Below the pieces are notes generated by a model. That model did no database searches and was not told where the DNA came from. It saw only the letters and a program-made list of their open reading frames with translations. The position numbers and the translations under genes were made by a program. From positions 2,232,001 to 2,296,000 of the forward strand of contig BQFW01000001.1 in the NCBI GenBank assembly GCA_020891255.1: a stretch of 64,000 nucleotides of DNA, written 5' to 3'. Below, piece after piece: positions 35,444 to 47,718 of the stretch. The DNA is from Entomortierella parvispora E1425. Its lineage: Eukaryota; Fungi; Mortierellomycota. Numbering within the stretch: position 1 is the stretch's first letter; each line of letters starts with the position of its first letter.

Positions 35444-36255
35444 TTCCTGCCAAAGGGGGGCTGATCTGCCTGGGGTACGAGTTAGTTGGGTGAATAGGAG
35501 GTGACAAAGCTCGCCGTTTGCACTGGATATGAGAACGGATATTGCGCCAGAGAGTTTATGTTGGATGGCAGCGGCGATTGTACCGTGGCCATGGCGCCTG
35601 CTTTTGGTTGTACTTTGGAATGAAGGGGTCTATTCATGTTCCAAAACTAACACTGCAGCCCTGCCCTCCCCAAGCTTGCCCACTCTGACCACTTTTAGTC
35701 AACCAGGACCCACAGCCATTCCCTCCGTGACAGGCCCTGGAAATGCAAGCACCAAGAGCGCAAGGGGGCAAGAGGAGGGATTTGATCAACAGAATCCTTC
35801 GTTTTTGTGGTTTGCAGATCAGTTATCTGATTGAACTTCATGTTTCTTACGTGCTTCTTCGATTGGGTCGTGTTCGGGTAGGGAAAAAAAAAAAAAAAAA
35901 AAAAACTGAGAGCAAAGCAGTAACTGCACTGTGGGGTTGCGCGATGATCTTGAGGATCTCCAAGGAGTTTCTCTCCTCAGAATGATCGGGACAGGGAAGG
36001 AGAGGGGCCGTGGATATCAACTCTATTCTCGTTCCTCACTGTGCAACACACACACATACTCAGCAGGCTGGAGCTCAGACCAAGTCCGGCCCTCCAAGAC
36101 GGCTGCGGCACCATTTGACGCCATAAATTCTCCGCGTGTACGTGAATCGTGTGAATCCGCAGTTCTGTCCCAGGGGTGTCCCTGGTTGAAAAGTGTGTTT
36201 CGTTCTCTCTTCATCAATCTCTCCTCATTCCCCCTCATCACCAACATCATCTACC

Positions 36256-37104
36256 ATGGCCACCTCATCCAAGCCCATGGAGCCCTTGAGCTTCTATGAC
36301 ATTCTCATGCGCCCACCCGTCGCTTCCACATGCTGCTCACCCAACCCATGGAAGGCCCGATTCGCGCTCAACTTTAAGAACATGGACTACACCACCACAT
36401 GGGTCGCTCTTCCCGACGTTGCCAAAGTTCGCTCCAGTCTCGGTGTGGATGCCTGCCGCAAGTTTGCCGATGGCGAGGACTTTTATACCCTCCCCGTTCT
36501 GATCGATTCCAACACAGGCGCCAAAGTCGGGGATTCGTTTGATATCGCTGTCTATTTGCAATCCCAGTATCCGACCGCGGGATCTGGCCATTTGTTCCCC
36601 CCACAAACACTCGACTTTGTCTATCAACTAGAGACTCCCCTCCTGGTCCCTCTCTCTACTGAGAGAGAGGGTAAATACGAAGAGTACGCTCGATTCAACA
36701 CCAATGTCGATGCCGCCTTCACCGCTCATGTCTCTATCTGTGCCTTTAAGCTCCCCTTTGATCCTGCCACTGAGGAAGCCAGCAAGGCCCAATTCGTTCA
36801 ACGTGCCAGCGCCTATGGCCTCACATCTTTTGATCAATTCGAGGTCAAGGGGGAAGCGCGCGAAAAGGTCAAGGAATCGCTCCGTCTCATGCTGGGTGAC
36901 CTTGGCAAGCTCTATTTGAGGGACCCTAGTGGGCCCTTCTTGTTGGGTCAGCAGGCCAGTTACGCCGATCTCATCGTCGGTGGATGGCTTCGAATGATGA
37001 AGGTCACTCTTCCAGAGAATGAGTGGGAGGAAGTCAGCAGCTGGCATGGAGGACTCTTTGGACGTTTGTACGATGGTCTGGAGAAGTTTATGGAGGTCAA
37101 GTAG
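36256..37104 (+). CDS. Fungal glutathione S-transferase (GST_N_3; etherase-like/UstS-like), single exon
   Basis: CCSPNPWKARFALNFK, FYTLPVL, VGDSFDIAVYLQSQYP, GPFLLGQQASYADLIVGGWLRM, WHGGLFGRL. No introns. Confidence 0.9.
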   Translation: MATSSKPMEPLSFYDILMRPPVASTCCSPNPWKARFALNFKNMDYTTTWVALPDVAKVRSSLGVDACRKFADGEDFYTLPVLIDSNTGAKVGDSFDIAVYLQSQYPTAGSGHLFPPQTLDFVYQLETPLLVPLSTEREGKYEEYARFNTNVDAAFTAHVSICAFKLPFDPATEEASKAQFVQRASAYGLTSFDQFEVKGEAREKVKESLRLMLGDLGKLYLRDPSGPFLLGQQASYADLIVGGWLRMMKVTLPENEWEEVSSWHGGLFGRLYDGLEKFMEVK

Positions 37105-38836
37105 GAGGATAGGTCGAACTGCTGCAATGATCCATGCATCGCCCAAACCAAAATAAAATGATGAGAGCCGTTGCTTCGCCCGTTTTTGTTCAACGACTTC
37201 CCCTGCTGAAGGCCATTTTAAAATAAACGAGATCGTGCCGCAATGTTGCATTAAAAACACGGGCTGTGCTCTCGTGTCATTGCACGCGAGTGCTGATTCG
37301 CTTGAAGGAGGCTCCGTCTGGTCAATTCATAGACCTTTGTTCCCTTGTTCTTTGATAGCTGTTGAATGGGTGCGTGCACTCCCTTGATCGCCGTTGAGGA
37401 GTGCATCCAGCCAGCTAAACTCGTTGAGCGGCGGATTCGACTGAGGGTATGATCGTCGATTCTTAAGGGGTCCATATGTAATTCATTTATATACATCGCT
37501 CGGGCTTGGCTTTTTTCGTCACTCTTTCGCCTTTTCTCTCCTTCATGGTAGACCTGACTGGTAAGTGCCTCTCCTTGAACAACATACACTCCCACCTTTG
37601 CTCCTCTCTGTCGTTTCGTTCTTGTATGCCCTTGCCTTGCTTCATAACCACCATTCCTTCCAGCCTGTCTCTCTTTTTTTCGCTGTTCTCATGCTTCAAT
37701 GACCACCTTTCATTTCAACATAGTCTCTCACGCGTCATTTCGACTGCGCCCGCCAGCTCAATGTTGACATTGACTCATTTCTCTCTATTCCTTGTATGTA
37801 CTTTTCCTCAAAAATAGTGATTGCCTCGGTCCTGGCCTCAGTCCATCAGTCTTTGACATGCATGGCGCACATTGCCGCGGGTTCATATGGTAAGTTGTAG
37901 CTTTTCTTGCGTTCGTGTTTGTTGCCTTGTGAGTGTGTTGACTGGTCTTCTTTCGTGTGTTCTCACAAGTCTCTTCTCTTCTTCTTCTTCTTGAGTACTC
38001 TGCAGACCCTCCCTCATCCCGCCTGCCTCTGTTAGTCTGCGCCGCTTCCTCGTCGTTTCCAGTTTACAAGTTAAGTGTGTGTGTGGGTGTGTCTCTCTCT
38101 TGCTCTTCCATCCCAATCTTTCTTTCATCTCTCCATCGGATGCAGGTCTGGTGGGAGCTTGAAGAGGTTTTTCGTATTTCTGGCCCTGGCAACAAGAGAG
38201 GAAACGTGACTTACGGCTTGAAACCCAAGTGCCGCCTTCTGAATACAGAACCCAGCTGGTGGACATGGTTTTGTATCCCATTATGGTCATGCAAATGGCT
38301 ATCGACCCCGTGTGCTCGTCAACACCTTTGCCTTTGGGTAAACGGCACCGTGTCGAGCACACTGCCCTGAGTATCGCCTGCGTTGCTCTTGGTAACACCT
38401 CCTTGTGGCTGTCATGTGAATAGGTATGTCGTTTGGGGGCCTTGCCGTTTTGGTGTTAATAACAAGGAGTTGAGGAGGCCTGAGGCGACTTCTTTGGAAC
38501 CACCCTCAGTGTATTCGACCCGTGCTGTCTCTTTGTCCCGTATTTAGCTTGCTACTTGATGGTTGATCGGCTTCAGCACAAGGACCATTGATGATCATTT
38601 TCCAGCTCAGCTCCATTTGACTCTCCTTGGTCGAGCCAGGCCGCAAGGCTAGGCAATTCCATTTTAGCCCACGTTTGCACTCTCAAACCTGAACGTGGGC
38701 TAACCTCCGTACTCTGTCAGCCCTTTTCTGGCACTGGATTACCGTGCTGGGAACCGTTGCGCAGATATGGTTTCGCGATTTTCGCGGCTTGACACTCCTG
38801 CTGGTTCACTCCAGTCCCTTCAACAGGGTTCTTTTT

Positions 38837-39751
38837 TCAAATCCTGGGTGGTTCAGATGGCTGAGCTCTGGCAACAGAAATCGGTGGTTTGTTCTGTCTA
38901 GGTGGACCGTCGTCTTTCCGCTGGGAGTTTGGGAAGTGAAACGTGGTCTTTTTAACCCTAGATCGTGAAAGCGCCTTCCCCCTGGGATAGGAAGTGTGTG
39001 ATCTAGAAACCCAGCAATTCCGTGTCATCCCTTTTGGTGCTTTCTGCAGATTTCGAAATGCGGGCTTTTGAGTTGTAGATGTGAATCTGTCTTTTGTTTT
39101 TCCGGGACCAGAAGTAGTGAAGTAGTGAGATTCCTCTGGCATTGATTTTACGTCCATCCTGTTGCCGGGAGGTGCAACGTGGTCTTTGTCTTTGATTGAG
39201 TTGGGAAAGTGTGGAGCAAGAGCAACAACTGTCTGAATGCTTGCTTCTTGACTGATGATTGACTTTGTACTATGGACTACTCACCTCTTCACACATTTTG
39301 GACAGGGACTCTCTGGGCGGTTGCTGGGTCTTCTTGATCTGGTGGCCATGACAATGCACACAGTTGGCTGAGGCGGAGGAGGTTAGGGATGGCGGGTGGG
39401 TCTTCCTTCCGCTCTCAGCGGGATCTTTTGGCACAAGCAAGAATATCGCAACGAGAAAATCATGTACTGAAGCAGGATCTCCAGCAGACCTCGCACCAAA
39501 TTATCGCCGGGGCAGATCGAGCACGAAAGCCGCAACAGAACAGATTGCGCACTGAGCAGGCTCCCAGTAGACCGCCAAAAGCCGAGTCCAACAAGCCGAT
39601 ACTCCAGGTACTGTTCCCGATCCTGAAACGTTTCTTGTCTTTGGTCGTCAGCTTGCACCTGGGCCCAAGATGATGGCCATAGAAACTCAGACGTAGCCGT
39701 TGTTCGCAATATTATCCCTTCTGGCGTCCGTCTTGCCCTCTGGTGGTCCAT
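38837..39751 (-). other. Possible lineage-specific or decayed gene divergent from TYW2
   Basis: ATG at 39751, 127 bp from the TYW2 ATG. A GTGAGT donor near 39284 and a CAG acceptor near 39233 lead into the open frame ending at 38837. No homology recognised. Confidence 0.2.
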
Positions 39752-39878
39752 GGCTTTCGGCCTTGAATAATGAAATCAATTATCTTGAATAAATATTATT
39801 TTTTATCCTGCATCTCAATACTATTTTAACTTTCTTCTCAAACGGACATGTGCTCTCTCTTTTGCAACAAACGATTCA

Positions 39879-41846
39879 ATGTCGGAATCAGGATCAGGAT
39901 CATTACCTGTGCTGTTGGTGCCTGCCAACCTCACCAAACAGCTCAAGGTCTCTCTTGACCTTGCAGGATGGCGTGACAAAGCAAAGCTCATTGCTCGTCC
40001 CTCCCAGTCTATTGAGACAAGTAGCCTCCAACAACAGCAAGGCCAGGATAGAAACCTTGATCTGTCTAGATACTTGACCATGGCGTTGCTTCCCGTTGAG
40101 CCATTCCTTCACCTGCCCTGCCGTCGCTCGTCAGATTCAAACTCTGAGTCTCTCCTCTCTTTGCAGGACTTCATAGTCTCTCTGGAGCGGATGCAGGAGA
40201 ACCACCTGGTGGACCAGCTGCGAGCGATGGTCCCTGATCAGACCATCCAATCCACAGTCTTCCTGAAATGGCTCGATGCCTCCGCCTTTGCTACGCCACG
40301 CCACCTTCTGGCTCTCACCCCACTTGAAAAACTCCGAGAGGGCCTGACCCAGTTCCTGACTCCTTATCTTTCCTCGTTCCTGGACCATTCACAACAAAAG
40401 CAACAAGCGCAACCGTCTTTGGCCAGTGACATTGGGGCCACATCGGCTTCAGATCTGCTTCAGACCCTCATCAGCTCCATTCCTCAAAAGTGGGAGCATT
40501 ATTCCGACTTTACGCTTCTACCCCCTGGTGCCTTCCAGGCTTCACCTTGGCCACAGATCCTCCAATATTTAATCACTCTGGATCAAAAGGACGACAACCA
40601 CAACCCAGACAAGAAGCAAGGTGGCATTTTGGATCGATTGGAGACTTTGGTGCAGGAGGCACTTCAGTCAAAGCATATTGCTCGCAAGGCAATTATCCCT
40701 GTGCAGGATGTCTTGCGAAGACCTCAGATCCGACCCCTGACAGGCGATTGGGGACTTCATAACCGGTATAAATCATGGGTCGAAGAGCCAGATCTGGTTT
40801 TGCTAGAGCATCAACAGATTGGGCAGGAAAGTTTACATCCACCAACCCCGGAGCAGCAAAGGTCACTATCTTCCACCTCTACAACGTCATCGACGGAAGG
40901 ATCTTCTAGTCTGATCAACATGGATCAGGATCTAGTAGCTCCAACTGCAGAGAACTTCAAGGGAGCCTATTGGGCCGAAACTTGTCAAAATCAGGTCTGG
41001 TATCGATGGGCACCCATGTTTACCATGTTTTCGGCCGGCAACATTACAGAAAAGGAGCGGGTGGCCAACTCGAGACCGATCTTTGATGCCAAGGATAAAG
41101 TGGTCGTGGATCTCTATGCTGGCATTGGGTACTTTACCTTGGTCTATCTAGTTCATGCGGGCGCCAGAACTGTCCATGCTTGCGAATGGAACCCTTGGAG
41201 TGTTGAGGGACTGAAGCAGGGCGCAGATCGGAATGGAATCTCTTGGTCTAGTTATCACAAGAGTCCTGTGGTCGCTGGCGATGCTGCTGCTGAAGGCGGA
41301 GTAGGACAATCCATGACGATGACGACTATTTTTCAACAGAGCATAGCGACAAGAACTGTTCAAAAGAAGAAAAAGAAGGCCGTTGTTCCCGCTCATGATA
41401 CTACCTCAACGACGACGACGGCACCGACAGAGGGTTTGCTTGGCAACTTGGTGATATACTCGGGCGACAATGCACAGTGGATTGACTCTTTTGAAAACCA
41501 GGCCCACCATGTCAACCTGGGATTGATCCCTTCAGCAGAACCTGGATGGGTCCTAGGTGTCCGAGCTCTTTGTCCCGATCAAGGTGGCTATCTGCATGTG
41601 CATCATAATATCCGAGTCGGAGAAGAGGAGGCCTTCAAGACCTATCTTGTTAAGTCCTTGCAGGATCTGTTCAAGACATGGAAAAGTCCAGTGTTGTCAG
41701 AGTCAGGAGAAGGATCTTTGGCACAAGAAAACGGCTGGACTGTTGAGATTCGACATTTGGAAAATGTCAAGAGTTTTGCGCCCTTGGTCTTCCACTATGT
41801 GGTCGATGTGGAATGCCGCCCTCCCAATTGGTCTCCATCCGCTTGA
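39879..41846 (+). CDS. TYW2: tRNA wybutosine-synthesizing protein 2 (Met10+-like SAM transferase)
   Basis: PQKWEHYSDFTLLP, TMFSAGNITEKERVA, VVVDLYAGIGYFTLVYLVHAGARTVHACEWNPWSVEGL, HHVNLGLIPSAEPGW...LHVHHN. Single 655-aa ORF. Confidence 0.9.
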   Translation: MSESGSGSLPVLLVPANLTKQLKVSLDLAGWRDKAKLIARPSQSIETSSLQQQQGQDRNLDLSRYLTMALLPVEPFLHLPCRRSSDSNSESLLSLQDFIVSLERMQENHLVDQLRAMVPDQTIQSTVFLKWLDASAFATPRHLLALTPLEKLREGLTQFLTPYLSSFLDHSQQKQQAQPSLASDIGATSASDLLQTLISSIPQKWEHYSDFTLLPPGAFQASPWPQILQYLITLDQKDDNHNPDKKQGGILDRLETLVQEALQSKHIARKAIIPVQDVLRRPQIRPLTGDWGLHNRYKSWVEEPDLVLLEHQQIGQESLHPPTPEQQRSLSSTSTTSSTEGSSSLINMDQDLVAPTAENFKGAYWAETCQNQVWYRWAPMFTMFSAGNITEKERVANSRPIFDAKDKVVVDLYAGIGYFTLVYLVHAGARTVHACEWNPWSVEGLKQGADRNGISWSSYHKSPVVAGDAAAEGGVGQSMTMTTIFQQSIATRTVQKKKKKAVVPAHDTTSTTTTAPTEGLLGNLVIYSGDNAQWIDSFENQAHHVNLGLIPSAEPGWVLGVRALCPDQGGYLHVHHNIRVGEEEAFKTYLVKSLQDLFKTWKSPVLSESGEGSLAQENGWTVEIRHLENVKSFAPLVFHYVVDVECRPPNWSPSA

Positions 41847-42294
41847 AGATACTCAAGGTAGAACCCCATTAAAGACATTACCCACCTTTTTTTTCTGTTT
41901 GTTCCATTATTCACCTAAATTATGGGGGCAGCATTGGAACCATGACGACAGGATCAAAATGGCATTCTGACACTGGAAACAAACCATTGGAAGGACAAGT
42001 ACAAAGTAATGTCGCTTTATTGATATGAATCTATTGTACAATATGTGATATGTAAAGTGAATGAAAGGTGAACAAGTGGGATAATGAGTGATATCAAAGG
42101 AGGGTCAAAAAAAAAAAAGTAAAGGCCCAACAACAAAAAGACGAGGAAGAGCGCCTCAAAAAGAGTCAAACTGGGCTTTGGGAAGTGGACATGAAATGAA
42201 AAGGGTTGTGTGAGGGAAAGGGGAGAAAGAATCTGGACTATGCAAAAAAAGAAAAGAAAGAGAAATGTAGAAGCGGAAGAGAGAAAAGGAAGAC

Positions 42295-45200
42295 TTAGGC
42301 CTTCTTGGACCTCTTTGCACTTGGGCCACCTAACGCATCATCCTCATCGTCTTCAGATGTGGATCTTGGACGAGCATTGGATTCTGCTATACATGGATAA
42401 AACAAAACAAGTTAATAATCTGACCATGGCATGGAGAGAAGCTGAAGGTCAAGAAAAAAAAAGTAAGAGGAAGGCCACATACCAGCAACAGTTGAGACGG
42501 TGGACAAACTAGACGATGTCGCAGGGGCGTTTGTGACATTTTGACCCTTTGCCAGTGGGCTGGGCTGATGTACTCTGGACAACTCGCGCTCTCTTGGAAT
42601 AGGCCAGGCAAAGGCCGAGCTTGGCTGAGCGCTCGTGGGCGTCTGGAAGACAATTGGACTGAGCTCTGCTTGAGAAGCATAGAATTCAGGGTAAAAAGTC
42701 GAAGGTGATGGGAGGTTCTTGGCAAACTGCGATGGCAACGTCGATGACATGGGTGCGGACTCGAGAGGTCGCTTTTGGATCTAATTATTTGTCAATATGA
42801 AGGCAGAGAAATGTTAGGATATTCTGGATTCAGTGAATTGGGGCCGGACCAAATTGTATATTGGGGCCTTGATCTCTTACCGGTGGCAATTCACTCGACT
42901 CTGTCTTGATCATAGCGTCAGCCAAGGTCGCGCTGCTTCCCTCTTTGGCTTCTGTTGGGATCTGGACGCGCAAGTTCAATGGCTTCTTGACTCCTCCAGC
43001 TGCAGCAGTTGGGCTGAGAATAGGCGATGAGGGTGCCGCAACAGTTGTGGTCGTGATCTCGGACAAGGAAGGAGCTGCTGTAGAAGAGGCTATCGTTGCT
43101 GAACCATCCGACATGGGCGAATGATCTCCATTCATGGTAGCACTATTAACCTTCATGGCTATTGAAGTATTGTTCATCAAAGGGGAAGCTGCTTGTGAAA
43201 GAGCATGTTGAATTTGTTGCTGTTGTTGCTGTTGCTGTTGTTGTTGCTGCTGCTGCTGTTGTTGTTGTTGTTCCTGTTGTTGCCGTTGCTGCTGCTCCTG
43301 CTGTTGCTGCTGTAATTGCTGCTGCTGCATGGGCATTGACATGGGAATCTGCAACGTTTGTCCATTCTGAGGCTGGGACATGGGTCTGCTCATATAAGTG
43401 GGGACAACTCCGGGATGCTGTTGGGTCTGGAAGGTCCGTCCTTGATTGGGGTCCTATGATGACGAAAAAGTCGAGTGATTAGTTTCCGTCGCTTTGTATA
43501 ATATCAACAACGCCCCAACCATGTCTTCTCCTTTACCTGTCCAAATGTTTGCATGGGGAGCATAGCGACCTGAGGCTGAGGAGAGTGTGAAGGCAAGTGT
43601 TGGAAATGTTGCAATTGCTGCTGTTGCTGCTGTTGCTGTTGTTGCTGTTGCTGTTGCTGCAACTGCAACTGTTGGTGTTGAAATTGCTGTTGCTGGTGGT
43701 GTTGCTGTTGCTGAAGATGATGTTGCTGCTGGTTGTGCTGTTGGAGCATCATGTGTTGTTGCTGTTGTTGTTGCTGCTGCTGGTGATAAGGCTGGGCGTA
43801 TTGAGGATGCTGTTGCTGTTGCTGGAGTCGGTATTGCTGATCCAGAGGAACCTGCTGGTATGGGAATGGATGCACGACCACGCTGGGGGGGATCTGGTAA
43901 GGGCTACGAGCAATGTGGGTCGACAGCGGGGGTGGCGTATGGGCCAGACTATGGGGCTGTGAAGGCGGAGTCTGCAGACTACTTTGACCGGGTGTGTGGT
44001 GAGCAGAGGAGTTGGGGATAGACTGAGGCTGGGGTGTCACGGACATGATACTCCTGTCATCTCCTCCTGCTGAGAGTCCGTCATCCTCGTCCTCCTCTTT
44101 GACATCGGGCGCGGTCAAAAACTCTTTGTTCGAGTAGGTCTCGCAGCTGTCATTGTACTATGAGAAGGCGATCGGGAAAGAAGACGTCTGTGTGAGTGGC
44201 TAAAAAGAACAACATATGACAGCATTGTCTTTGATCGGGTCATCGTTGCTATGCAACTGAATTTGGCACCTCAAGGTGGTCGTCACAGTGTTGCAAACAA
44301 TAAAACTCCCTCATCCCCTTTCTCTCCCCCCTCGCTCTGGGTGCATAGAAGCAGCAGGCAGATCATCCACTGAGGTAGGAGAACCCCCGAGCCGATCGAG
44401 ACCCTTGATCCGTAAGCAAAAGAAAGGGTTCCCCTTCCTCGATGCAGCTCATCTACGGCCACTCAGCAGTTCTCAGCTGGTCGGGCATTCCATAAGCAAG
44501 AAGAAGAAGGACGCAATGGCCAATTGGGCAAGCTCCACCTCCAACTCAGCTTGGTGACGGGGCCGATAACAGCAGAAAAAAGAAGAAAGCGCGACGTCTT
44601 CTCAGAGAGGAAGAGACTCTGGATCATTTACCTCGGTGTATCGGAGTAGGATCTGGTCGATATCGTGTGAAGAGTACTGGACCAGCTTGTTGTTGGAGTT
44701 GAAGATGATGAGGCCGATCTGGCAGTCGCAAAGGACGCTCAGCTCCATGGCCTTCTTCATGAGTCCGAAGCGTCTCTTCTGGAACGTAACCTAGATGGAA
44801 AGTGGAACAGGGTGAGGTTAGCATCGTCTGCCATTTCCTGTGCTCTGAGCACGAGCAACCCGTCGTCATCGGTCGCTGAAAACGAAATGAAGACAGGCAG
44901 AAGAAGCCTGTTGTGGGCCATCGGCCAAAGAGGGGCCGAGCGAGCGCTGGCTGGGCCTGGTCCATCCAAGCTTGCCTGGCTCGCCCCAACCTCCCTTCCC
45001 TTTCCTTTCTCTGCATGCCATGGCTCCCCTCCTCTCACTCTCCATCGAGGTTGTGCATCATCCCAAGGGCATGCTGTAAACACACCCATGCGCACACACA
45101 CACCCGCTATAAATAAAAACAAGCGTGGAAATAGAAACTGAACGAGCGTGTGGAGACGAGACGACGGAAAAGATATAAAAAGAACCGAGGAGAGGGCCAC

Positions 45201-45552
45201 GATTGATGCATCCATGAACAATGCCCTTCTTTTTTTGCGCCAGTCTTCATTCTCTCTTTCTTTCCTTCTTCATCCTTCCACCCTCCATTCACTCCCCTGG
45301 ACCCGACTCTTTTTTTTTTTTTTTTTGTATTCTTTCGCTCCTGTTCCAGCCTTATCTCCGACAAAGAGTCTTCCCTTCCCCCTCGCTGTATCCTTGTTCC
45401 TTGTTGTGGATGACTCTCTTCCCCTTGTCGATGGCACCTCGGTCAGGTAACAATGAGTAGCTTTGCATTCCTTTCTTTCATGCTGTTCGTGTCCTTACCT
45501 GACGGTTACGTTCGTCCATGATGGTCTTGATTTGAATCTTTTTACGTCCCAT
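42295..45552 (-). CDS. RLM1: MEF2-type MADS-box transcription factor (Rlm1/Smp1-like)
   Basis: Exon 45552-45499 [18 protein letters not shown] joins exon 44790-44632 [53 protein letters not shown]. Then polyQ tracts, [11 protein letters not shown] and the [19 protein letters not shown] motif. Confidence 0.92.
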
Positions 45553-45899
45553 GACTGATTCTTAGAGTCGAGTGATGTTTGCAGTGGGCGTTGGATGTGT
45601 AATGAAAGAAGGAAAGGACAGGCGTCGGGAGATGGAAGGGCAAAGGCGAGAATGCAATTCGGGGCAAGTCGAAGCAAGGTGGAATGCACAATCGAGAAGG
45701 GGTCGGACGGGACGGGAGGCGGGTGAATCAGACGCAACAAAGAACTCAGAGATAAAGGCTGCCACACAAGAACGACTAGAGAGGACCGATTGATTGAAAG
45801 AGAAGAAGGGAGCAGAAGAGGAGGGGAAAAGAGAAAAAAAGAAAAAAGAGAGAGAGAGCGCGGATTGAAAAACAATAGGAAATGGGAGAAGGGGAGAAA

Positions 45900-46330
45900 A
45901 GGAAAAAGGGAAAACGGACCTGGACAGAAACGAGCGACAGAGAGAGAGAAAGAGAAAGAAAGAGACTGAGAGTCATGGATAAAGTAAAGTACTCTTCACT
46001 CACTCCTTCACCAATGCTTGCTCACCTTGTGCACTCCCCCATTCGCTCTCTCTGTGGATGTGGATGGATGCAGGTGAGGTGGGGGACACTTGACCCGGAA
46101 ACAATGGCTACCTGTATCTCTCTGGGCGTGCTCTCATTTCTCCAAAAGGGCCAACATCCTCTTTGCCACCCTCTCTCTCTTGCGCGCGCTCTCTTTCTCT
46201 CGCTTCCTCTTTCTCTCTTTCTCTCTCTCTCTCTCTTTCTCTTTCTCTCGCGCACCCTCGTGCTGCTCCGCCTTGGTACACCGTAGAGGGAGAGGCCGAT
46301 AGACAGGCAGGCAGGAGAGAAAGGACAAGC
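45900..46330. repeat. GA/CT-rich low-complexity and (CT)n tracts upstream of the MADS gene
   Basis: Runs of gagaga and ctctct read directly. Confidence 0.8.
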
Positions 46331-47718
46331 GCGGAGGAAGACGAGGAGGGGGAGAGAGAACCAAGGGAAAGCAGCAGGATCGAAAGAGGAGAGTACAAGA
46401 TGATCCATTGGGCATGACATTCACTCAAACTTTCACAAACACGACTCTTGCCTTGGGCTGATGCTGCGATCAGACAAGGAAAGGGCTAGCGCCCTTGATG
46501 TCAGGCCGAGTGGACGTGACAGGCGCGTTTCCCCCTCCGGGACGAAGAGACGAGCGAGGAATGGACGGATGTTCTGCTGAGGGAACTCAAAAAAAAAAGT
46601 GGGCGTAGACCGGTGCCACACAAACACACGCACGCACGCAGACAGAGAGACAACACTGTGCCAAAGACCGAAGCAAGGCCTGCAAATGCGGTGTGTCCCT
46701 TGCCTTCCTTCGGGTCGAAGACATGACAGCTCGAGGTGATCTGTGCCTGTCGGCTATTTTTAGCACAACGGACGGGAGGTCCCTTTTTTTTTATTATTAT
46801 TTTTTTTTTATTTCTTTTTTTTTTCATTCGGTCTCTTCTTTCGGTGCCTATCCTGCTTTCGGCCTGGCTGCGCTTGAATTGCGAAAAGACTTTTCTCGAC
46901 TCTTTTTTTTTTCTCTCTGGTATGTATCCGGTACGTCGTGTTGAAATGTCTCTCCAGGCACGGGGCCCCTTCTTCAGCCATTGAACAGGTTTCCCGGTTC
47001 CAAGGTCACCATGGGTGGGGGGATGAACGCCCAAGCTCTCAACCTACAAATATAGCCCAAGACGAAAAAGAAAAAAATAAAAAAGGCTGCGGCTCTATTT
47101 CTGGCCCAAGTTATTTTCGGGTTGTCCCCATTCTATTTTCAACAGGCTCAAAAGACCCTTTTTTTTTCTCGCCATGTTTTTGTGTTCACTTCTTTGTCAG
47201 ACACACAGATACACCCTCGTTCAAAAACCTGCGGGATGGAGATAAACTCTCCTCTTGAACGCCCAGTGATGTGATAGAAAACAGAGAGATACTGTCAAGG
47301 AAAGAGAGACCTTGACCCAGTTACTGTGCCGACTTTGTTTTTTTTCGCCCTTTTTTTTTTTTTTTTTTTTTTTTCTTCTTCGGGAGGATTGACTGATTCC
47401 CATTCATTCGGGTGCTCAGAAACAAACTCGTTCACCGGCCGGGAATCGGGGTCAATGTCATTTCCGAGGAAAAAGAGGAAAATGAATATAATCTCCAAGG
47501 ATATGTCAAAAAAGATAAGAGAAAAGGGAGGCAAGGGAGAGGGGGAGGGATAAACGAAATGCAATGCATGAAAACAAACAGGACATGAACAATAATTGTT
47601 GCAATTGGGACAATGTAAAATAAAATAAAGAGAACTCACAGCGTTTCATCGTGGCCATGGGTCCCCGTCTCTATTGTGTTCATTTTCATTCTCCTCTTTC
47701 TACGTATCTAGTTCATGT

